DNA from: Lysobacterales bacterium
GTDB lineage: Bacteria > Pseudomonadota > Gammaproteobacteria > Xanthomonadales > SZUA-5
Assembly: GCA_022844165.1 (NCBI GenBank)
Contig: JALHMH010000002.1
Span: forward strand, 192,001-256,000
Reading direction: 5' to 3'
Length of the DNA stretch: 64,000 nucleotides
Each line of letters opens with the position of its first letter. Within the stretch, counting starts at the first letter, position 1. The notes below the pieces were generated by a model, which saw only the letters and a program-made list of their open reading frames with translations, did not search any database and had not been told where the DNA came from. The translations under genes and the position numbers were made by a program. Shown here in pieces: positions 29,062 to 40,868 of the stretch.

Positions 29062-31812
29062 ATGACCCAGCGTATCGCCGCTCTTGCCGTTGCCCTGGCG
29101 TTGAGCACCGTCGTTCAAGGCACTGAGCTCGACATCCCCTTCGATACTTTCGAGCTGGACAATGGACTGAATGTTGTCGTGCACCAGGACAGCAAGGCGC
29201 CAGTGGTGGCGGTATCGATTTGGTACCACGTGGGATCAAAGGATGAAAAAGCAGACCGGACGGGTTTTGCCCACTTGTTCGAGCACCTGATGTTTCAAGG
29301 CTCGGAAAACTACAACGACGAGTACTTCAAACCGTTCGAACGGGTCGGCGCAACGGACATGAACGGGACGACGTCGTTGGATCGCACCAACTATTTTCAA
29401 ACGGTGCCAAAGACAGCGCTCGATATGGCGCTATGGATGGAATCGGACCGTATGGGTCATCTGCTCGGCGTGATCGATCAGGCGCGTCTGGACGAACAAC
29501 GAGGGGTCGTCAAGAACGAAAAGCGCCAGGGCGAGAATGCGCCGTATGGGCGGGTCTTTGAGGCAATCCTGCGCGCCAGTTTCCCAGAGGGACATCCCTA
29601 TCGTTGGAGCTCGATCGGCTCCATTGAACACTTGGAGGCCGCCTCACTCGACGATGTCAAGGCGTGGTTCAAGCGGTATTACGGCGCGGCGAATGCAACA
29701 TTGGTGCTGGCCGGCGATGTAACGCTTGACGAAGCCCGGGAAAAGGTACAACGATATTTTGGCCACATCGATGCCGGTCCGCCCTTGACGCGCCTTGAGG
29801 CCTGGGTGGCGCCGCGAGTGGAAGCCACGCGCGAGGTGATGTACGACCGCGTTGCTCAAGCGCGTGTGCACATGACCTATAACGTCGCGCAACTCGGCGA
29901 AGCGGACGCCGATTACCTCGAAATTGCGGCGCAAGTGCTCGGGCAAGGCAAGACGTCGCGTCTTTACCAACGGCTGGTCCAGACCGACCGCATTGCCGAT
30001 AGCGTTGTTGCTTATCCGATCAGCTTCGAGTTGGCCGGGTTGTTTGTCATTGAAGCGGACGTCAAGGCCGGCGTGTCGATGGCGACGGTGGAACAGGCCA
30101 TCGACGATGAGTTGCAGAAGCTGCTACGAGAAGGCCCGACCGAAGACGAACTCGCCGCAGCGCGCACAGAACTGCGCAGCAACTTTGTGCGCGGAATCCA
30201 ACGGGTCGGCGGATTCGCTGGCAAAGCCGGCGTGCTCGCCGAGTGCGCCGTTTATCAGGGCGACCCCGGTTGCTTTAGGACCTCGCTCACGCGCCAACTC
30301 GAAGCCACCGCCGAGGACGTGAGCGGTGCCGCGCGGCGCTGGTTGAGTCAGGGCCGACACACGCTCGAGGTGCGTCCGCAACCCAAATACCAGAGCGCCA
30401 CCAGCGCCGTAGACCGCAGCGCCGGTGTGCCCGACGTCAGCGACTTTCCCGAAGTCGATTTTCCGACACTCGAACGCGGCACCTTGAAAAACGGCTTGCC
30501 CGTGGTGCTCGCCGCCCGTGGCGGTGTGCCACTGGTCAATGTGGAACTGCTGTTCGAAGGCGGTTCGGCCGCGGACGTTGGTCGCCACCTGGGAACGGCG
30601 AGTTTTACCTTCAGCATGCTCGATGAAGGCGCAGGAAAGCGCGATGCTTTGCAAATCGCCAGCGCACTCAAAGCGATCGGCGCCGACCTGTCCGCGGGCG
30701 CCAGCCTTGATTTTGGCAACGCAGGGGTGTCCAGTCTGACCGAACAAATCGACCCGGCTCTGGCGATTTTAGCCGATGTGGTTCGCCGACCGACGTTCGC
30801 GGCGAGCGAGATCGAGCGTGTTCGCCAACAGTGGCTCGCCGGGATCAAGCAAGAAAAAACTGAACCCAATGCGCTTGGCTTTCGACTGATGCCGCGCCTG
30901 CTGTATGGCGATACGCATCCCTATTCAGCGCCATTTACCGGTTCGGGAACAGAGGCGAGTATCGCGGCGCTGAAGCGCGAAGATCTGGTTGCTTATCACA
31001 GCGCGGCAATTCGCCCCGATAACGCCAAGATACTGGTGTCCGGCGACATCCGCATGGCGCAATTGCTGCCGCTTCTGGAAAAGCACTTTGGCGCTTGGCG
31101 GGCGCCGAGCGCGCCCAAAGCGCAGGTGACGCGACCACAAGTGCCTCTGCCGACATCGCCGCGCGTGTACTTGCTCGACCGCCCGGAGGCGCCGCAAACG
31201 GTGATCATGGCCGGGCACCTTGCGCCCAGCACGCTTGTCGACAACCTCACCAATATTGGCACGATGAACTCGATTCTCGGTGGTGGTTTTACCTCGCGCA
31301 TCAACATGAACCTGCGCGAAGAAAAACATTGGAGTTACGGCGCCGGTATCAGCCTGCCGAACGCGCTGGGCCAACGACCGTGGATCGTTGTAGCGCCAGT
31401 GCAAACGGACAAGACCGCCGAGGCGATTGTGGAAATCCGCAACGAAATCGTCGCCTATCTCGATGGCGAACCGGCCACAGCCGATGAGCTCGACAAGATC
31501 AAAGCGCGCGATGTGCGCTCATTGCCTGGTGCATTCGAAACGGTCGGCGCCGTGCAGAGCGCCCTGCGCTCGATCGTGCAGTACGGCCGGCCGGACGACT
31601 ATGTGCGCCAGAGCAAGGCGCGCATTGAGGCGCAGACGCTGCAAAGTGTGCGAGCTGCCGCAAAACAAGTGATCCAGCCGCAGGCGTTGGCGTGGGTTGT
31701 TGTCGGTGATCTGAAAAAAATCGAGGCCAACGTCCGTGCCCTGAATCTGGGCCCGGTGACGGTGGTCGACGACGACGGCATGCCGCGAGGAAACGGCCCA
31801 GCGCAAGAATGA
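29062..31812 (+). CDS. M16 family zinc protease (pitrilysin/PqqL-like), exported
   Basis: HLFEH inverted zinc motif, two M16 halves and a signal peptide. Confidence 0.93.
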   Translation: MTQRIAALAVALALSTVVQGTELDIPFDTFELDNGLNVVVHQDSKAPVVAVSIWYHVGSKDEKADRTGFAHLFEHLMFQGSENYNDEYFKPFERVGATDMNGTTSLDRTNYFQTVPKTALDMALWMESDRMGHLLGVIDQARLDEQRGVVKNEKRQGENAPYGRVFEAILRASFPEGHPYRWSSIGSIEHLEAASLDDVKAWFKRYYGAANATLVLAGDVTLDEAREKVQRYFGHIDAGPPLTRLEAWVAPRVEATREVMYDRVAQARVHMTYNVAQLGEADADYLEIAAQVLGQGKTSRLYQRLVQTDRIADSVVAYPISFELAGLFVIEADVKAGVSMATVEQAIDDELQKLLREGPTEDELAAARTELRSNFVRGIQRVGGFAGKAGVLAECAVYQGDPGCFRTSLTRQLEATAEDVSGAARRWLSQGRHTLEVRPQPKYQSATSAVDRSAGVPDVSDFPEVDFPTLERGTLKNGLPVVLAARGGVPLVNVELLFEGGSAADVGRHLGTASFTFSMLDEGAGKRDALQIASALKAIGADLSAGASLDFGNAGVSSLTEQIDPALAILADVVRRPTFAASEIERVRQQWLAGIKQEKTEPNALGFRLMPRLLYGDTHPYSAPFTGSGTEASIAALKREDLVAYHSAAIRPDNAKILVSGDIRMAQLLPLLEKHFGAWRAPSAPKAQVTRPQVPLPTSPRVYLLDRPEAPQTVIMAGHLAPSTLVDNLTNIGTMNSILGGGFTSRINMNLREEKHWSYGAGISLPNALGQRPWIVVAPVQTDKTAEAIVEIRNEIVAYLDGEPATADELDKIKARDVRSLPGAFETVGAVQSALRSIVQYGRPDDYVRQSKARIEAQTLQSVRAAAKQVIQPQALAWVVVGDLKKIEANVRALNLGPVTVVDDDGMPRGNGPAQE

Positions 31813-31964
31813 CGCCGATACCTACGGCGGGTCATCTTGGGCCGAACAACCTTCGTCTTCACCTTACTTAGCGAAGGTCGATATCGAACCGAGCGACTTT
31901 TTCGCACGTTTGCGGTTAACATCCGCGCCCATTTTGGCCACCTGTACCGGCCAGCGGATCGTTC

Positions 31965-34451
31965 ATGAGCAAGAACTTACTGATCGTCGAGTCGCCCGCA
32001 AAGGTCAAGACCATCAACAAAGTGCTGGGCAAAGACTTTGCGGTGATGGCGTCTTATGGCCACGTGCGCGACTTGCAAAGCAAAGACGGATCGGTCGATA
32101 CCGAGCGCGATTTCGAAATGGCCTACGAGGTCATCGATCGCAATCAGAAACATGTCGACGCGATTGCGAAAGCCGCGAAACTCGCCGACTCGATTTACCT
32201 GGCAACCGACTTGGACCGCGAAGGAGAGGCGATCAGCTGGCACGTGTATGAAATCTTGCGGCAGAAGAAACTGCTGAAAGACAAGACCGTACACCGCGTC
32301 ACATTCGGCGAGATCACGCCGCGCGCGATCAAGGATGCGATTGCCCATCCGCGCACCTTGTCCCTCGATCTGATCAACGCACAACAGGCCCGGCGCGCGC
32401 TCGATTATCTGGTCGGCTTCAATCTGTCGCCCTTGTTGTGGAAGAAAGTGCAGCGCGGCCTGTCGGCTGGACGCGTGCAAAGCCCGGCGCTGCGCATGAT
32501 CGTTGAGCGCGAAGAAGAGATCGAACGCTTCGTGCCACGCGAGTACTGGAGCATCGACGCGCTTTGCGAGGCGGGCCAGCAATTTCCTGCCAAGCTCACG
32601 CACTTCAACGGCAAACGCCTCGATCAGTTCGATTTGCACAACGATGTCGGCGCCAACGCTGCGCGCGAACAAGTCATGCGCGGTGCCAAAGCGCATGCGC
32701 CCAAGGGCGCGCTAAAAGTCGTCGACGTGCAACGCAAAGATCGGCAACGCCGCGCGGCGCCGCCGTTCATTACTTCTACCTTGCAGCAAGAAGCGGCGCG
32801 CAAGCTCGGCTTCGGTACCCAGCGCACGATGCGTATCGCCCAAGGTTTGTATGAGGGCGTCGATGTCGGCGAAGGCGGACAGGTCGGCATCATCACCTAC
32901 ATGCGTACCGACTCGGTCAGCCTGGCGGCCGATGCCATTGCCGAAATCCGGCAGGCCATCGCTCGCGAATACGGCGCCGATAAAGTTCCGGAAAGCGCGA
33001 ACTTCTACAAAACCAAGAGCAAGAACGCACAAGAAGCGCATGAAGCGATTCGCCCCACGTCGGCACTTCGCACGCCGGCCGCCATTGCCAAGTATCTGAC
33101 GCCGGATCAGCTCAAACTGTACGAGTTGATCTGGAAGCGCACGATGGCCTGCCAGATGCGCCCTGCGCTGCTGAATACGGTCAGCGTCGACCTGGAAGCC
33201 GGCAAGGGCGATACTCTGCGCGCGAGCGGCACCACAGTCATCGAGCCGGGCTTTTTGGCGGTGTACGAAGAGGGTCGCGATCAGAAGTCGGAAGATGACG
33301 ATGCCGGCAGCAAGTTGCCGCCTTTGGCCATCGGGCAGCTGGTTACACTCGTCGAATTGACCGCCGAACAACACTTCACCGAACCGCCGCCGCGCTTCTC
33401 GGAAGCCAGTTTGGTCAAGGCGCTCGAAGAATTCGGCATTGGCCGCCCATCGACCTACGCCAGCATCATTCAAGTGTTGCTCGCGCGCGAATACGTCACG
33501 CTGGATCAGCGCCGCTTTCAGCCGACCGATGTGGGCCGCGTTGTCGCCAAGTTCCTGTCCGGCCATTTCACGCAGTATGTCGATTACGAATTCACGGCGC
33601 GGCTCGAAGACGAGCTCGACGCCGTGGCGCGCGGCGAAAAAGACTGGGTACCGGTGTTGCGCGAATTTTGGGAACCCTTCAAGCAACTTGTCGACGACAA
33701 GAGCGAAAACGTGACACGAACCGAAGCGCAGCAGGGACGCGTGCTCGGTGTCGACCCAACCAGCGGCAAGGAAGTGTCGGTCCGTTTGGGTCGTTACGGA
33801 CCCTGTGTTCAGATCGGTACCAAGGACGATGACGAGAAGCCACGCTTCGCTTCGCTGCGCGCCGGGCAGAAGATGGATACCATCAGCTTTGCCGAGGCCA
33901 TGAAACTGTTCGAAATGCCGCGCAAACTCGGGCAAAACGAAGCGGGCGAAGACATCAGCGTAGGCATCGGCCGCTTCGGCCCGTTCGTCAAAGCTGGCAG
34001 TACGTATGCGTCAATTCCGGCCGGCACCGATCCGTTCGAGATCGACCTGGCAGCGGCCGCCGAACTGTTGCGCGCCAAACGCGAAGCCGCCGCGAACAAG
34101 GTCATCGTCAGCTTCCTGGATGGTGCCATACAGGTGCTCCGCGGCAAGTTCGGGCCCTACATTACCGACGGCACGAAGAACGCTCGCGTTCCTAAAGACA
34201 TCGCGCCGGAAAAGCTCACCGAGGAAGACTGCGCTGCTGCACTTGCCGCAGCGCCGGCCAAGAGCGCCGGACGCGGTCGTTTTGCGAAAAAGGCCGCTCA
34301 GACCGCACCCGCTAAAGCGACAGCCAAAGCGTCAAGCGAGAAAAAGACGGCCGTGCGTGCGCCCAAAAAAGCCGTAGCGAAAAAACCAGCAGCGAAAAAA
34401 CCGGCCGCCAAGAAGTCCGTCAAAAAGGTGACCCGGAAGACCGCAGCCTGA
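31965..34451 (+). CDS. topA: DNA topoisomerase I
   Basis: IVESPAK, ATDLDREGEAI, SAGRVQS and ITYMRTDS. Has Topo C-terminal repeats (GRYGP/GRFGP/GKFGP) and a Lys-rich tail. Confidence 0.97.
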   Translation: MSKNLLIVESPAKVKTINKVLGKDFAVMASYGHVRDLQSKDGSVDTERDFEMAYEVIDRNQKHVDAIAKAAKLADSIYLATDLDREGEAISWHVYEILRQKKLLKDKTVHRVTFGEITPRAIKDAIAHPRTLSLDLINAQQARRALDYLVGFNLSPLLWKKVQRGLSAGRVQSPALRMIVEREEEIERFVPREYWSIDALCEAGQQFPAKLTHFNGKRLDQFDLHNDVGANAAREQVMRGAKAHAPKGALKVVDVQRKDRQRRAAPPFITSTLQQEAARKLGFGTQRTMRIAQGLYEGVDVGEGGQVGIITYMRTDSVSLAADAIAEIRQAIAREYGADKVPESANFYKTKSKNAQEAHEAIRPTSALRTPAAIAKYLTPDQLKLYELIWKRTMACQMRPALLNTVSVDLEAGKGDTLRASGTTVIEPGFLAVYEEGRDQKSEDDDAGSKLPPLAIGQLVTLVELTAEQHFTEPPPRFSEASLVKALEEFGIGRPSTYASIIQVLLAREYVTLDQRRFQPTDVGRVVAKFLSGHFTQYVDYEFTARLEDELDAVARGEKDWVPVLREFWEPFKQLVDDKSENVTRTEAQQGRVLGVDPTSGKEVSVRLGRYGPCVQIGTKDDDEKPRFASLRAGQKMDTISFAEAMKLFEMPRKLGQNEAGEDISVGIGRFGPFVKAGSTYASIPAGTDPFEIDLAAAAELLRAKREAAANKVIVSFLDGAIQVLRGKFGPYITDGTKNARVPKDIAPEKLTEEDCAAALAAAPAKSAGRGRFAKKAAQTAPAKATAKASSEKKTAVRAPKKAVAKKPAAKKPAAKKSVKKVTRKTAA

Positions 34452-34481
34452 GGCGACGCGGTCGCTTTCAGGCGGATCCTG

Positions 34482-35195
34482 TCAGGGTATCCAGATCAGG
34501 CTGGCCATGCGCCCGCTACGGTCGCCGTCGCGACGGAAGGAGTGGAAACGTCGTGCGTCGCTGGCTGTGCACCATTGACCGCCACTGGTTTCGACACCGT
34601 GCGTGGCGAGTCGGCGGCGCGCCAGTAATGGCAAGTCCGCAAACCATCGATCGCCACGCCCCGGTCTGAATGCCGCCTCGGCGCCGCGATCTGCCATCAG
34701 CAACGCCTCACGCACTTCCGGACCGATTTCAAAGGCGTCCAATCCGATCGCCGGACCAATCCACGCTCGATAGTGGGCACTGCCCGCACTGAGTTTGCCC
34801 AGGGTCGCCTCGATGACGCCGGCCGCCAATCCGCGCCAGCCAGCGTGGATCGCAGCGATTTGTGCGCCATCCGACCGGGCGAGCAGAATCGGCAGACAAT
34901 CCGCGGTGAGGATCGCCAGCGGTTCGCCGCTACTGATCGCAGCGTCGGCGTCGATCTCTCGGTGGTCGAGCGAAACGGTGGCACCATGGGTTTGCCGTAA
35001 CCAGCGAGGCTGACTCGGCAAGTCGAGTTGTTCGACCAGACGCCGCCGATTTTCCTCCAACCCCGGGTCCATTTGGGCCCCAAAGTTGGCCGGTCCATAG
35101 GGTGGCATCGAGACGCCGGCAAAATCGCGACAGGCACATCCCGCGTGCACGCCAGGCAAAGACGCATCCAACCAACCTTTCATCCCAGCCCGCAT
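34482..35195 (-). CDS. pgeF: Peptidoglycan editing factor PgeF (YfiH)
   Basis: LRQTHG, TADCLPI, HAGWRG and SFRRDG. Follows rluD. Start uncertain (35183-35228). Confidence 0.9.
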   Translation of the reverse strand: MRAGMKGWLDASLPGVHAGCACRDFAGVSMPPYGPANFGAQMDPGLEENRRRLVEQLDLPSQPRWLRQTHGATVSLDHREIDADAAISSGEPLAILTADCLPILLARSDGAQIAAIHAGWRGLAAGVIEATLGKLSAGSAHYRAWIGPAIGLDAFEIGPEVREALLMADRGAEAAFRPGRGDRWFADLPLLARRRLATHGVETSGGQWCTASDARRFHSFRRDGDRSGRMASLIWIP

Positions 35196-35235
35196 ATCGA
35201 CATCCGATGCGCTCGGCAGAGCGCTCAATGACAGA

Positions 35236-36195
35236 TCAATCGCGCAGCGCTTGCAGCAGCGCCGCAAAGTCTGCTGGGGGCGGCGCATTCGCGCTGACCG
35301 GCGCAGCATTCACCGGGTGGCTGAACGCCAAAGTCTCAGCGTGCAGCGCTTGACGTCTGAATCCGCGCAGCGCGGCGGTGGCCGATGCGCTGGCGCCCGG
35401 CGGTAACTTCAGCGCACCGCCGTACAGCGGATCGCCCACAATACCTTTGCGCAAATGCGCCATATGCACGCGAATCTGGTGAGTGCGGCCAGTTTCCAGC
35501 TGCACACGCAACAAGGTGTGAGCCGCAAAGCGTTCGACCACACGATAATGGCTGACCGCCGAGCGCCCACCCTCGAGAACGGCCATCTTCAAGCGATCGG
35601 TTGGATGGCGGCCAATGGGTGCATCAACTGTGCCGCCGGAAATCACATGGCCGCTGACCAATGCGAGGTACTCACGCCTCACCTTGCGCAGGCTCAGCGC
35701 TTTGACCAGCTTCTGGTGCGCCCCCAAAGTGCGCGCGACAACCATCACACCACTGGTGTCTTTGTCGAGCCGATGGACCACACCGGCGCGAGGCAGTGCG
35801 GCGAGCGTTGCATCGTAATGCAATAGCGCATTGACCAAGGTGCCAGTGCGGTTGCCCGCGCCCGGATGCACCACCAACCCAGGCGGTTTGTCGATCACCA
35901 GAAACGCCGGATCGTCGATCAGGATGCTAAGCGGAATGGCTTCAGGTGCATCGTTGCTCACGGTCTCGATCGTGACCATCAGGCGGACAGATTCCCCGCC
36001 GCGAACGATGTCGCGCGGGCGAGCAATTTTGCCACCGAGCAGGGCGGCGCCATCTTTGATCCAGGCGGCCAGGCGCGAGCGGGAAAATTGCGGAAACGTC
36101 GACGCGAGCGCGGCGTCGAAACGCTGTCCCGCCGCTGTCGGCGGAATCGTCCCGATGAGCGTTTCGGTGCTTAGAACGGCCAAACGCGACGCCAC
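35236..36195 (-). CDS. rluD: 23S rRNA pseudouridine synthase RluD
   Basis: S4 domain, [19 protein letters not shown] and [10 protein letters not shown]. Start uncertain. Confidence 0.94.
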   Translation of the reverse strand: MASRLAVLSTETLIGTIPPTAAGQRFDAALASTFPQFSRSRLAAWIKDGAALLGGKIARPRDIVRGGESVRLMVTIETVSNDAPEAIPLSILIDDPAFLVIDKPPGLVVHPGAGNRTGTLVNALLHYDATLAALPRAGVVHRLDKDTSGVMVVARTLGAHQKLVKALSLRKVRREYLALVSGHVISGGTVDAPIGRHPTDRLKMAVLEGGRSAVSHYRVVERFAAHTLLRVQLETGRTHQIRVHMAHLRKGIVGDPLYGGALKLPPGASASATAALRGFRRQALHAETLAFSHPVNAAPVSANAPPPADFAALLQALRD

Positions 36196-36977
36196 CAGGA
36201 TTTCTTCTGCGCGGTGCCGCCAGCGTAGCCGGGCGCATTCAACTCCAACACTCGACGTGCGTCGTCGGCGAATTCGTTCTGGCCGAGCGCAGTGTAAGCC
36301 TCTACCTGGATCGCCAGGGCTTCCGGAATTTGCGCCGACTGTTGATAGTTTTCAATGATGTACTTCGCACGATTGGCAGCGGCAACGTAGGCTGCGCGCC
36401 GCATGTAGTAGCGCGCGATGTTCAATTCGTAACTGGCCAGGTCGTTGCGCAGGAACACCATGCGTTGACGCGCATCGCTGGCGTAACGGCTGTTTGGATA
36501 GCGGCGCAGTAACTCGGAGAAATCGTTGAACGACTGGCGTGCCGCTTCAGTGTCGCGGTTGCCTGCCTGGCTCGGTAGCCAACGGTCGATGTAGCTGCGG
36601 TTGCGGTCGAAGTTCACAAGTCCGCGCAAGTAAAACGCATAGTCGATCTTCGGATGCGCCGGATTGGTCTTGATAAAACGGTTGACGGTGCTCACCGCTT
36701 CGTCGTACTGCGAGCGCTTGTATTGCGCGAAAGCCAGATCGAGCTGCGCCTGCTCGGCGTAATCGCCGAACGGAAACCGCGACGTCAGCCGCTTGTAATA
36801 ACGGATTGCGCGTTCGTAGTTGCCACCTTCCATCGACGCCTTGGCTTCCTCATACAACGCATCGACCGGCAACGTCTCGGTCTCATCCAGCCGCTCGTCG
36901 CCGCGCTTGCAGCCCGCAAGTAAAACCACGGCCAACACCATCGCCGCCAGGCGAACCCAAGAGAAAGAGCGCTTCAT
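36171..36977 (-). CDS. bamD: Outer membrane assembly lipoprotein BamD
   Basis: Lipobox LAGC, TPR helices [12 protein letters not shown] and AYVAAANRA. Confidence 0.95.
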   Translation of the reverse strand: MKRSFSWVRLAAMVLAVVLLAGCKRGDERLDETETLPVDALYEEAKASMEGGNYERAIRYYKRLTSRFPFGDYAEQAQLDLAFAQYKRSQYDEAVSTVNRFIKTNPAHPKIDYAFYLRGLVNFDRNRSYIDRWLPSQAGNRDTEAARQSFNDFSELLRRYPNSRYASDARQRMVFLRNDLASYELNIARYYMRRAAYVAAANRAKYIIENYQQSAQIPEALAIQVEAYTALGQNEFADDARRVLELNAPGYAGGTAQKKSWWRRVWPF

Positions 36978-37112
36978 GCACGGCATCCGAGATCGACGTC
37001 AGACGGCGGATGATAACCGCGGCGCAGAGCGTTGCTCTGTTCGTCGCAACAGGCGTTCAGCGAACACGGTTTGCCCACTGCCAGAACGCGTTTGATGTCG
37101 CGACGGAAAAAC

Positions 37113-37754
37113 TCAATCCTCAATTGGCTGCAGTTTGGGCGCTGGGCGAAACTCGCCGACGACATCAACGCCGGCCGGCGGCTCAAAGGTGAAAACCCCG
37201 GCGTTCAGTGTCGGATTGCGCGCCCAGTCGGTAAAGACGATTTCCGTACGTTGCCCGACAACGTCCGTGATCACCATGCGCACCAGTTGCGCTTCGCGCA
37301 ACCCAAGGTCGACCGAGGTGAATTCCGCATCGGAGGTTTTTGGTGCCAGTGTCAGCCACTTTGCACCATCGCGCTCGCCACCCTCGGTGACGTTGAACTG
37401 CTCGTCCATCACGCTCAAGTCGAGCAACACGGCCAGCGGGCTGCGCGTTTCGTCGAAGGACTGCGGACGCACGCTCACCTGCTCCAACTCAACGTCGTAA
37501 ATCCAGACATGATCGCCATCGGCGATGATTTGCTGCTCGTCCGGCTCGCGGTATTCCCAACGGAAGCGATCAGGCCTCGCGAGCATCACTGTGCCGCTGG
37601 AGCGGTCCAGTGATTCGCCGTCGGCATCGTAGACTTGTTGTACAAACGTCGCCGACAGTGACGCCGCGCCATCCGCCATCTGCTCCAGTTCGGTTCGGGC
37701 GTCCGCCCACGCCAAAACGGGTAGCGTTGCCAACAGCAGCCATAGATGTCTCAT
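37113..37754 (-). CDS. lolA: Lipoprotein chaperone LolA
   Basis: RPDRFRWEY, IIADGDHVWIYDVELEQV and FTFEPPAGVDV. Signal peptide starts at MRHLW. Confidence 0.93.
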   Translation of the reverse strand: MRHLWLLLATLPVLAWADARTELEQMADGAASLSATFVQQVYDADGESLDRSSGTVMLARPDRFRWEYREPDEQQIIADGDHVWIYDVELEQVSVRPQSFDETRSPLAVLLDLSVMDEQFNVTEGGERDGAKWLTLAPKTSDAEFTSVDLGLREAQLVRMVITDVVGQRTEIVFTDWARNPTLNAGVFTFEPPAGVDVVGEFRPAPKLQPIED

Positions 37755-37819
37755 CACGGTAACCCTCTCGATGTACCCGATACACGATAAGTGATGCGCT
37801 TGAACATCGGCAAAATCAA

Positions 37820-37950
37820 TGGCGAGGCTGCGCCTGAGCCGCCGAGCATTGTTGGCTTCGCTCGGCAGCGTGCTTTTCACAACCCGCGCTTTTGCATTTC
37901 CGGCCCAGTGGCGCAGTCGCTGGGCGTTCGACTCGGCACGCGCCTGCGGT
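37820..37950 (-). repeat. Dispersed repeat, diverged partial copy
   Basis: GCGAGGCTGCGCCTGAGCCGCCGAGCATTGTTGGCTTCG...CATTTCCGGCCCAG...GCTGGGCGTTCGACTCGGCAC matches 61896-62030. Confidence 0.88.
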
Positions 37951-38036
37951 AAAGCGATGTGCCCATAGCCAGTGTTCATTTCGACAGACCGTTGCTGATG
38001 CGCTAAGGTCGCTGGGGTCGACACGAGGTTGTGTGT

Positions 38037-39029
38037 ATGCGTTCCTTTGCCCTTGTCATTGTGTTGCTGCTGCTATCTGGCCCTGGCGCCGGCTCGGCGA
38101 TGCAGTTGCTGAACGCTTCGTACGATCCGACACGAGAGCTCTACAAGGCGATCAACGCCAGATTCGAAGCGGCGAACCAGGGAGTGTCCGACGAACGCCT
38201 GTCGATCCGTATGTCGCACGGCGGGTCCGGCAAGCAGGCGCGCAGTGTCATCGACGGGTTGCGCGCCGACGTGGTCACGCTGGCTCTGGCGGCCGACATC
38301 GACAAAATCGCGCGCAGTGCCGGGCTGTTGCCGGAAGATTGGCAACATCGCCTGCCCCACAACAGCACGCCTTTCACATCGACGATCGTCTTTCTGGTCC
38401 GCACCGGCAATCCCAAACAGATCAACGATTGGCCGGATCTGATCAAACCTGGCGTCGCGGTGATCACACCCAATCCCAAAACCTCCGGTGGTGCCCGATG
38501 GAACTATCTGGCGGCGTGGGCTTTCGGCGCGTCTGGGGCCGGAGGTGAGGCGAACGCCAGAGATTTCGTGACACGGCTCTATCGACAGGTCCCGGTGCTG
38601 GATGCTGGCGCACGCGGCTCAACGACTACATTTGTGCAGCGTGGGTTGGGCGATGTGCTGTTGACCTGGGAAAATGAAGCATTTCTGGCAACGCGAGAAT
38701 TTGGCGCAGGCAAATTCGAGCTGGTCTATCCATCGGTTTCGATCCTGGCCGAACCGCCTGTTGCGCTTATCGACCGAAACGTCGACCGAAAGGGCAGCCG
38801 CGCCCTTGCCGAAGCCTACCTTCAGTTTCTCTTTACGGCGCCCGCGCAGCGCCTCGGCGCCGAGCACTATTTCAGACCTCAAGACCCACAAATCGCGATG
38901 GAGTACGTCGACCGATTTCCCGCGCTGGAGATGCGTTCTATCGACGATTTTGGTGGTTGGACAGCTGCGCAAAAAATGCATTTCGACGAGGGCGGCGTGT
39001 TCGACCAAATCTACGCCAGGGCGCGATGA
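38037..39029 (+). CDS. sbp: Sulfate ABC transporter substrate-binding protein
   Basis: [23 protein letters not shown] and [15 protein letters not shown]. Confidence 0.95.
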   Translation: MRSFALVIVLLLLSGPGAGSAMQLLNASYDPTRELYKAINARFEAANQGVSDERLSIRMSHGGSGKQARSVIDGLRADVVTLALAADIDKIARSAGLLPEDWQHRLPHNSTPFTSTIVFLVRTGNPKQINDWPDLIKPGVAVITPNPKTSGGARWNYLAAWAFGASGAGGEANARDFVTRLYRQVPVLDAGARGSTTTFVQRGLGDVLLTWENEAFLATREFGAGKFELVYPSVSILAEPPVALIDRNVDRKGSRALAEAYLQFLFTAPAQRLGAEHYFRPQDPQIAMEYVDRFPALEMRSIDDFGGWTAAQKMHFDEGGVFDQIYARAR

Positions 39030-39958
39030 GCGCATTTGCAGACCCCCGCCCGTCGCTCCAGTTGCAACCCGTCGGGCTTCCCACAACCGCCGTTGCACTG
39101 CATGCTCGGACCATGAGCGTCCGTGCCCGCCCGCATACGGTGTTGCCCGGCTTTGGCCTAAGCCTCGGCTACGCGGTGTTTTATTTCAGTTTGATCGTTT
39201 TGTTGCCGATCGTGGCGGTCTACGCGCGCAGTTTTTCTGAGGGCATCGAGAGCTTCGCGGCGGCGGCGTTCTCCGAGCGTGCGATCAACGCGTATCGATT
39301 GTCGTTCGGCGCCGCGCTCCTGGCTGCGGCGATTAACGCCCTGTTCGGATTTTTGGTCGCGTGGGTGTTGGTGCGCTATCGCTTTCCGGGCAGGCGGCTG
39401 CTCGATGCCTTCGTCGACCTGCCATTCGCATTGCCTACCGCTGTTGCGGGCATCGCCCTGACCACGATTTACGCCCCCAATGGCTGGCTCGGCCAACATG
39501 CCGCGCTGCTCGATTGGCAACTGGCTTACAACCCCATCGGTATTGTCATTGCCCTGGTGTTTATTGGGTTGCCGTTCGTCGTTCGAACGCTGCAACCGGT
39601 GATTGCCGAACTAGGGCACGCGCCTGAAGAAGCTGCCGCCACCTTGGGTGCAGGCCGTTGGCGGACCTTTACTCGAGTTATCTTCCCGGCTTTGTTGCCA
39701 GCATGGCTGACTGGCTTCGCGCTGGCATTCGCGCGCGCTGTCGGCGAATACGGCTCGGTGATCTTTATCGCCGGCAACCTGCCGTTCGTGTCGGAAATCG
39801 CGCCGCTGCTGATTGTCATTCAGCTCGAACAGTACAACTACGTCGGCGCCTCTGCGATCGCGGTGGTGATGTTGACCGCGAGTTTCTTGTTGCTGTTGGT
39901 CGTTAATCTCTTGCAAGCCTGGGCTACGCGCCGATCGGGAGTCGATCGTGCACGCTAG
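39026..39958 (+). CDS. cysT: Sulfate ABC permease CysT
   Basis: [10 protein letters not shown] and [13 protein letters not shown]. Alternative start at 39113. Confidence 0.94.
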   Translation: MSAFADPRPSLQLQPVGLPTTAVALHARTMSVRARPHTVLPGFGLSLGYAVFYFSLIVLLPIVAVYARSFSEGIESFAAAAFSERAINAYRLSFGAALLAAAINALFGFLVAWVLVRYRFPGRRLLDAFVDLPFALPTAVAGIALTTIYAPNGWLGQHAALLDWQLAYNPIGIVIALVFIGLPFVVRTLQPVIAELGHAPEEAAATLGAGRWRTFTRVIFPALLPAWLTGFALAFARAVGEYGSVIFIAGNLPFVSEIAPLLIVIQLEQYNYVGASAIAVVMLTASFLLLLVVNLLQAWATRRSGVDRAR

Positions 39959-40793
39959 CGTTGGCAACCGCGAGCCGTTGTGGGTGCGGCTCACGCTGAT
40001 TTCGCTGGCGGTGGTGTTCTTGATCGTCGTGCTGCTTCTGCCGCTTGCCGCAGTGTTCGCCGAGGCATTCCGCCAGGGTTGGCATGCTTACGCCGAAGCG
40101 CTGCGAGAACCAGACGCGTGGTCGGCGTTGCAGTTGACGCTATTGGTTGCCGTCATCGCAGTGCCGCTCAATCTCGTATTCGGCGTGGCAGCGGCCTGGG
40201 CAGTGGCGCGCTTTCAGTTTCGCGGCAAGAGTCTGCTCGTGACTTTGATCGATCTGCCGTTTTCGGTCTCGCCGGTCATCTCCGGGCTGATCTACGTTCT
40301 GGTCTATGGGTTGCACGGGTGGTTCGGGCCCTGGCTCGATGCGCATGATCTGCAGATCATCTTCGCCGTGCCGGGCATTGTGCTTGCCACGGTGTTCGTC
40401 ACGTTTCCGTTTGTCGCGCGCGAGCTGATTCCGCTATTGCAGGAACAGGGCAGCCTGGAAGAAGAGGCGGCACTCAGCCTGGGTGCGAGCGGATGGACGA
40501 TGTTCTGGCGAGTCACGATACCGAATATTCGTTGGGGCCTTCTGTATGGCGTTCTTTTGTGCAACGCCAGGGCCATGGGCGAGTTCGGAGCGGTCAGTGT
40601 GGTATCCGGTCATATCCGCGGCGAGACCAACACCCTGCCGCTCCACGTGGAAATTCTCTACAACGAATACAATTTCGTCGCCGCTTTCGCCGTCGCTTCG
40701 TTGCTTGCCTTGCTGGCCCTGATCACGTTGGCCATCAAGTCGTTCCTGGAGTGGCGCCATGCCGGCGAGCTCGCGGCCGCTCGGCGGCATTAG
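39948..40793 (+). CDS. cysW: Sulfate ABC permease CysW
   Basis: DLPFSVSPV and [19 protein letters not shown]. Confidence 0.95.
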   Translation: MHASVGNREPLWVRLTLISLAVVFLIVVLLLPLAAVFAEAFRQGWHAYAEALREPDAWSALQLTLLVAVIAVPLNLVFGVAAAWAVARFQFRGKSLLVTLIDLPFSVSPVISGLIYVLVYGLHGWFGPWLDAHDLQIIFAVPGIVLATVFVTFPFVARELIPLLQEQGSLEEEAALSLGASGWTMFWRVTIPNIRWGLLYGVLLCNARAMGEFGAVSVVSGHIRGETNTLPLHVEILYNEYNFVAAFAVASLLALLALITLAIKSFLEWRHAGELAAARRH

Positions 40794-40868
40794 CCGGTCT
40801 GGCGACGTCAGCATCATCGCCCACGGCAGACCACCCACCATCCATTACCGTCAGTCAGCCTGTCTCGA

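Noticed and set aside
37755-38024. Long N-terminal extensions of lolA, the epimerase (to 62021) and rpoE (from 62093)
   Set aside because: These frames run through repeat DNA. The family-typical N-termini start later.
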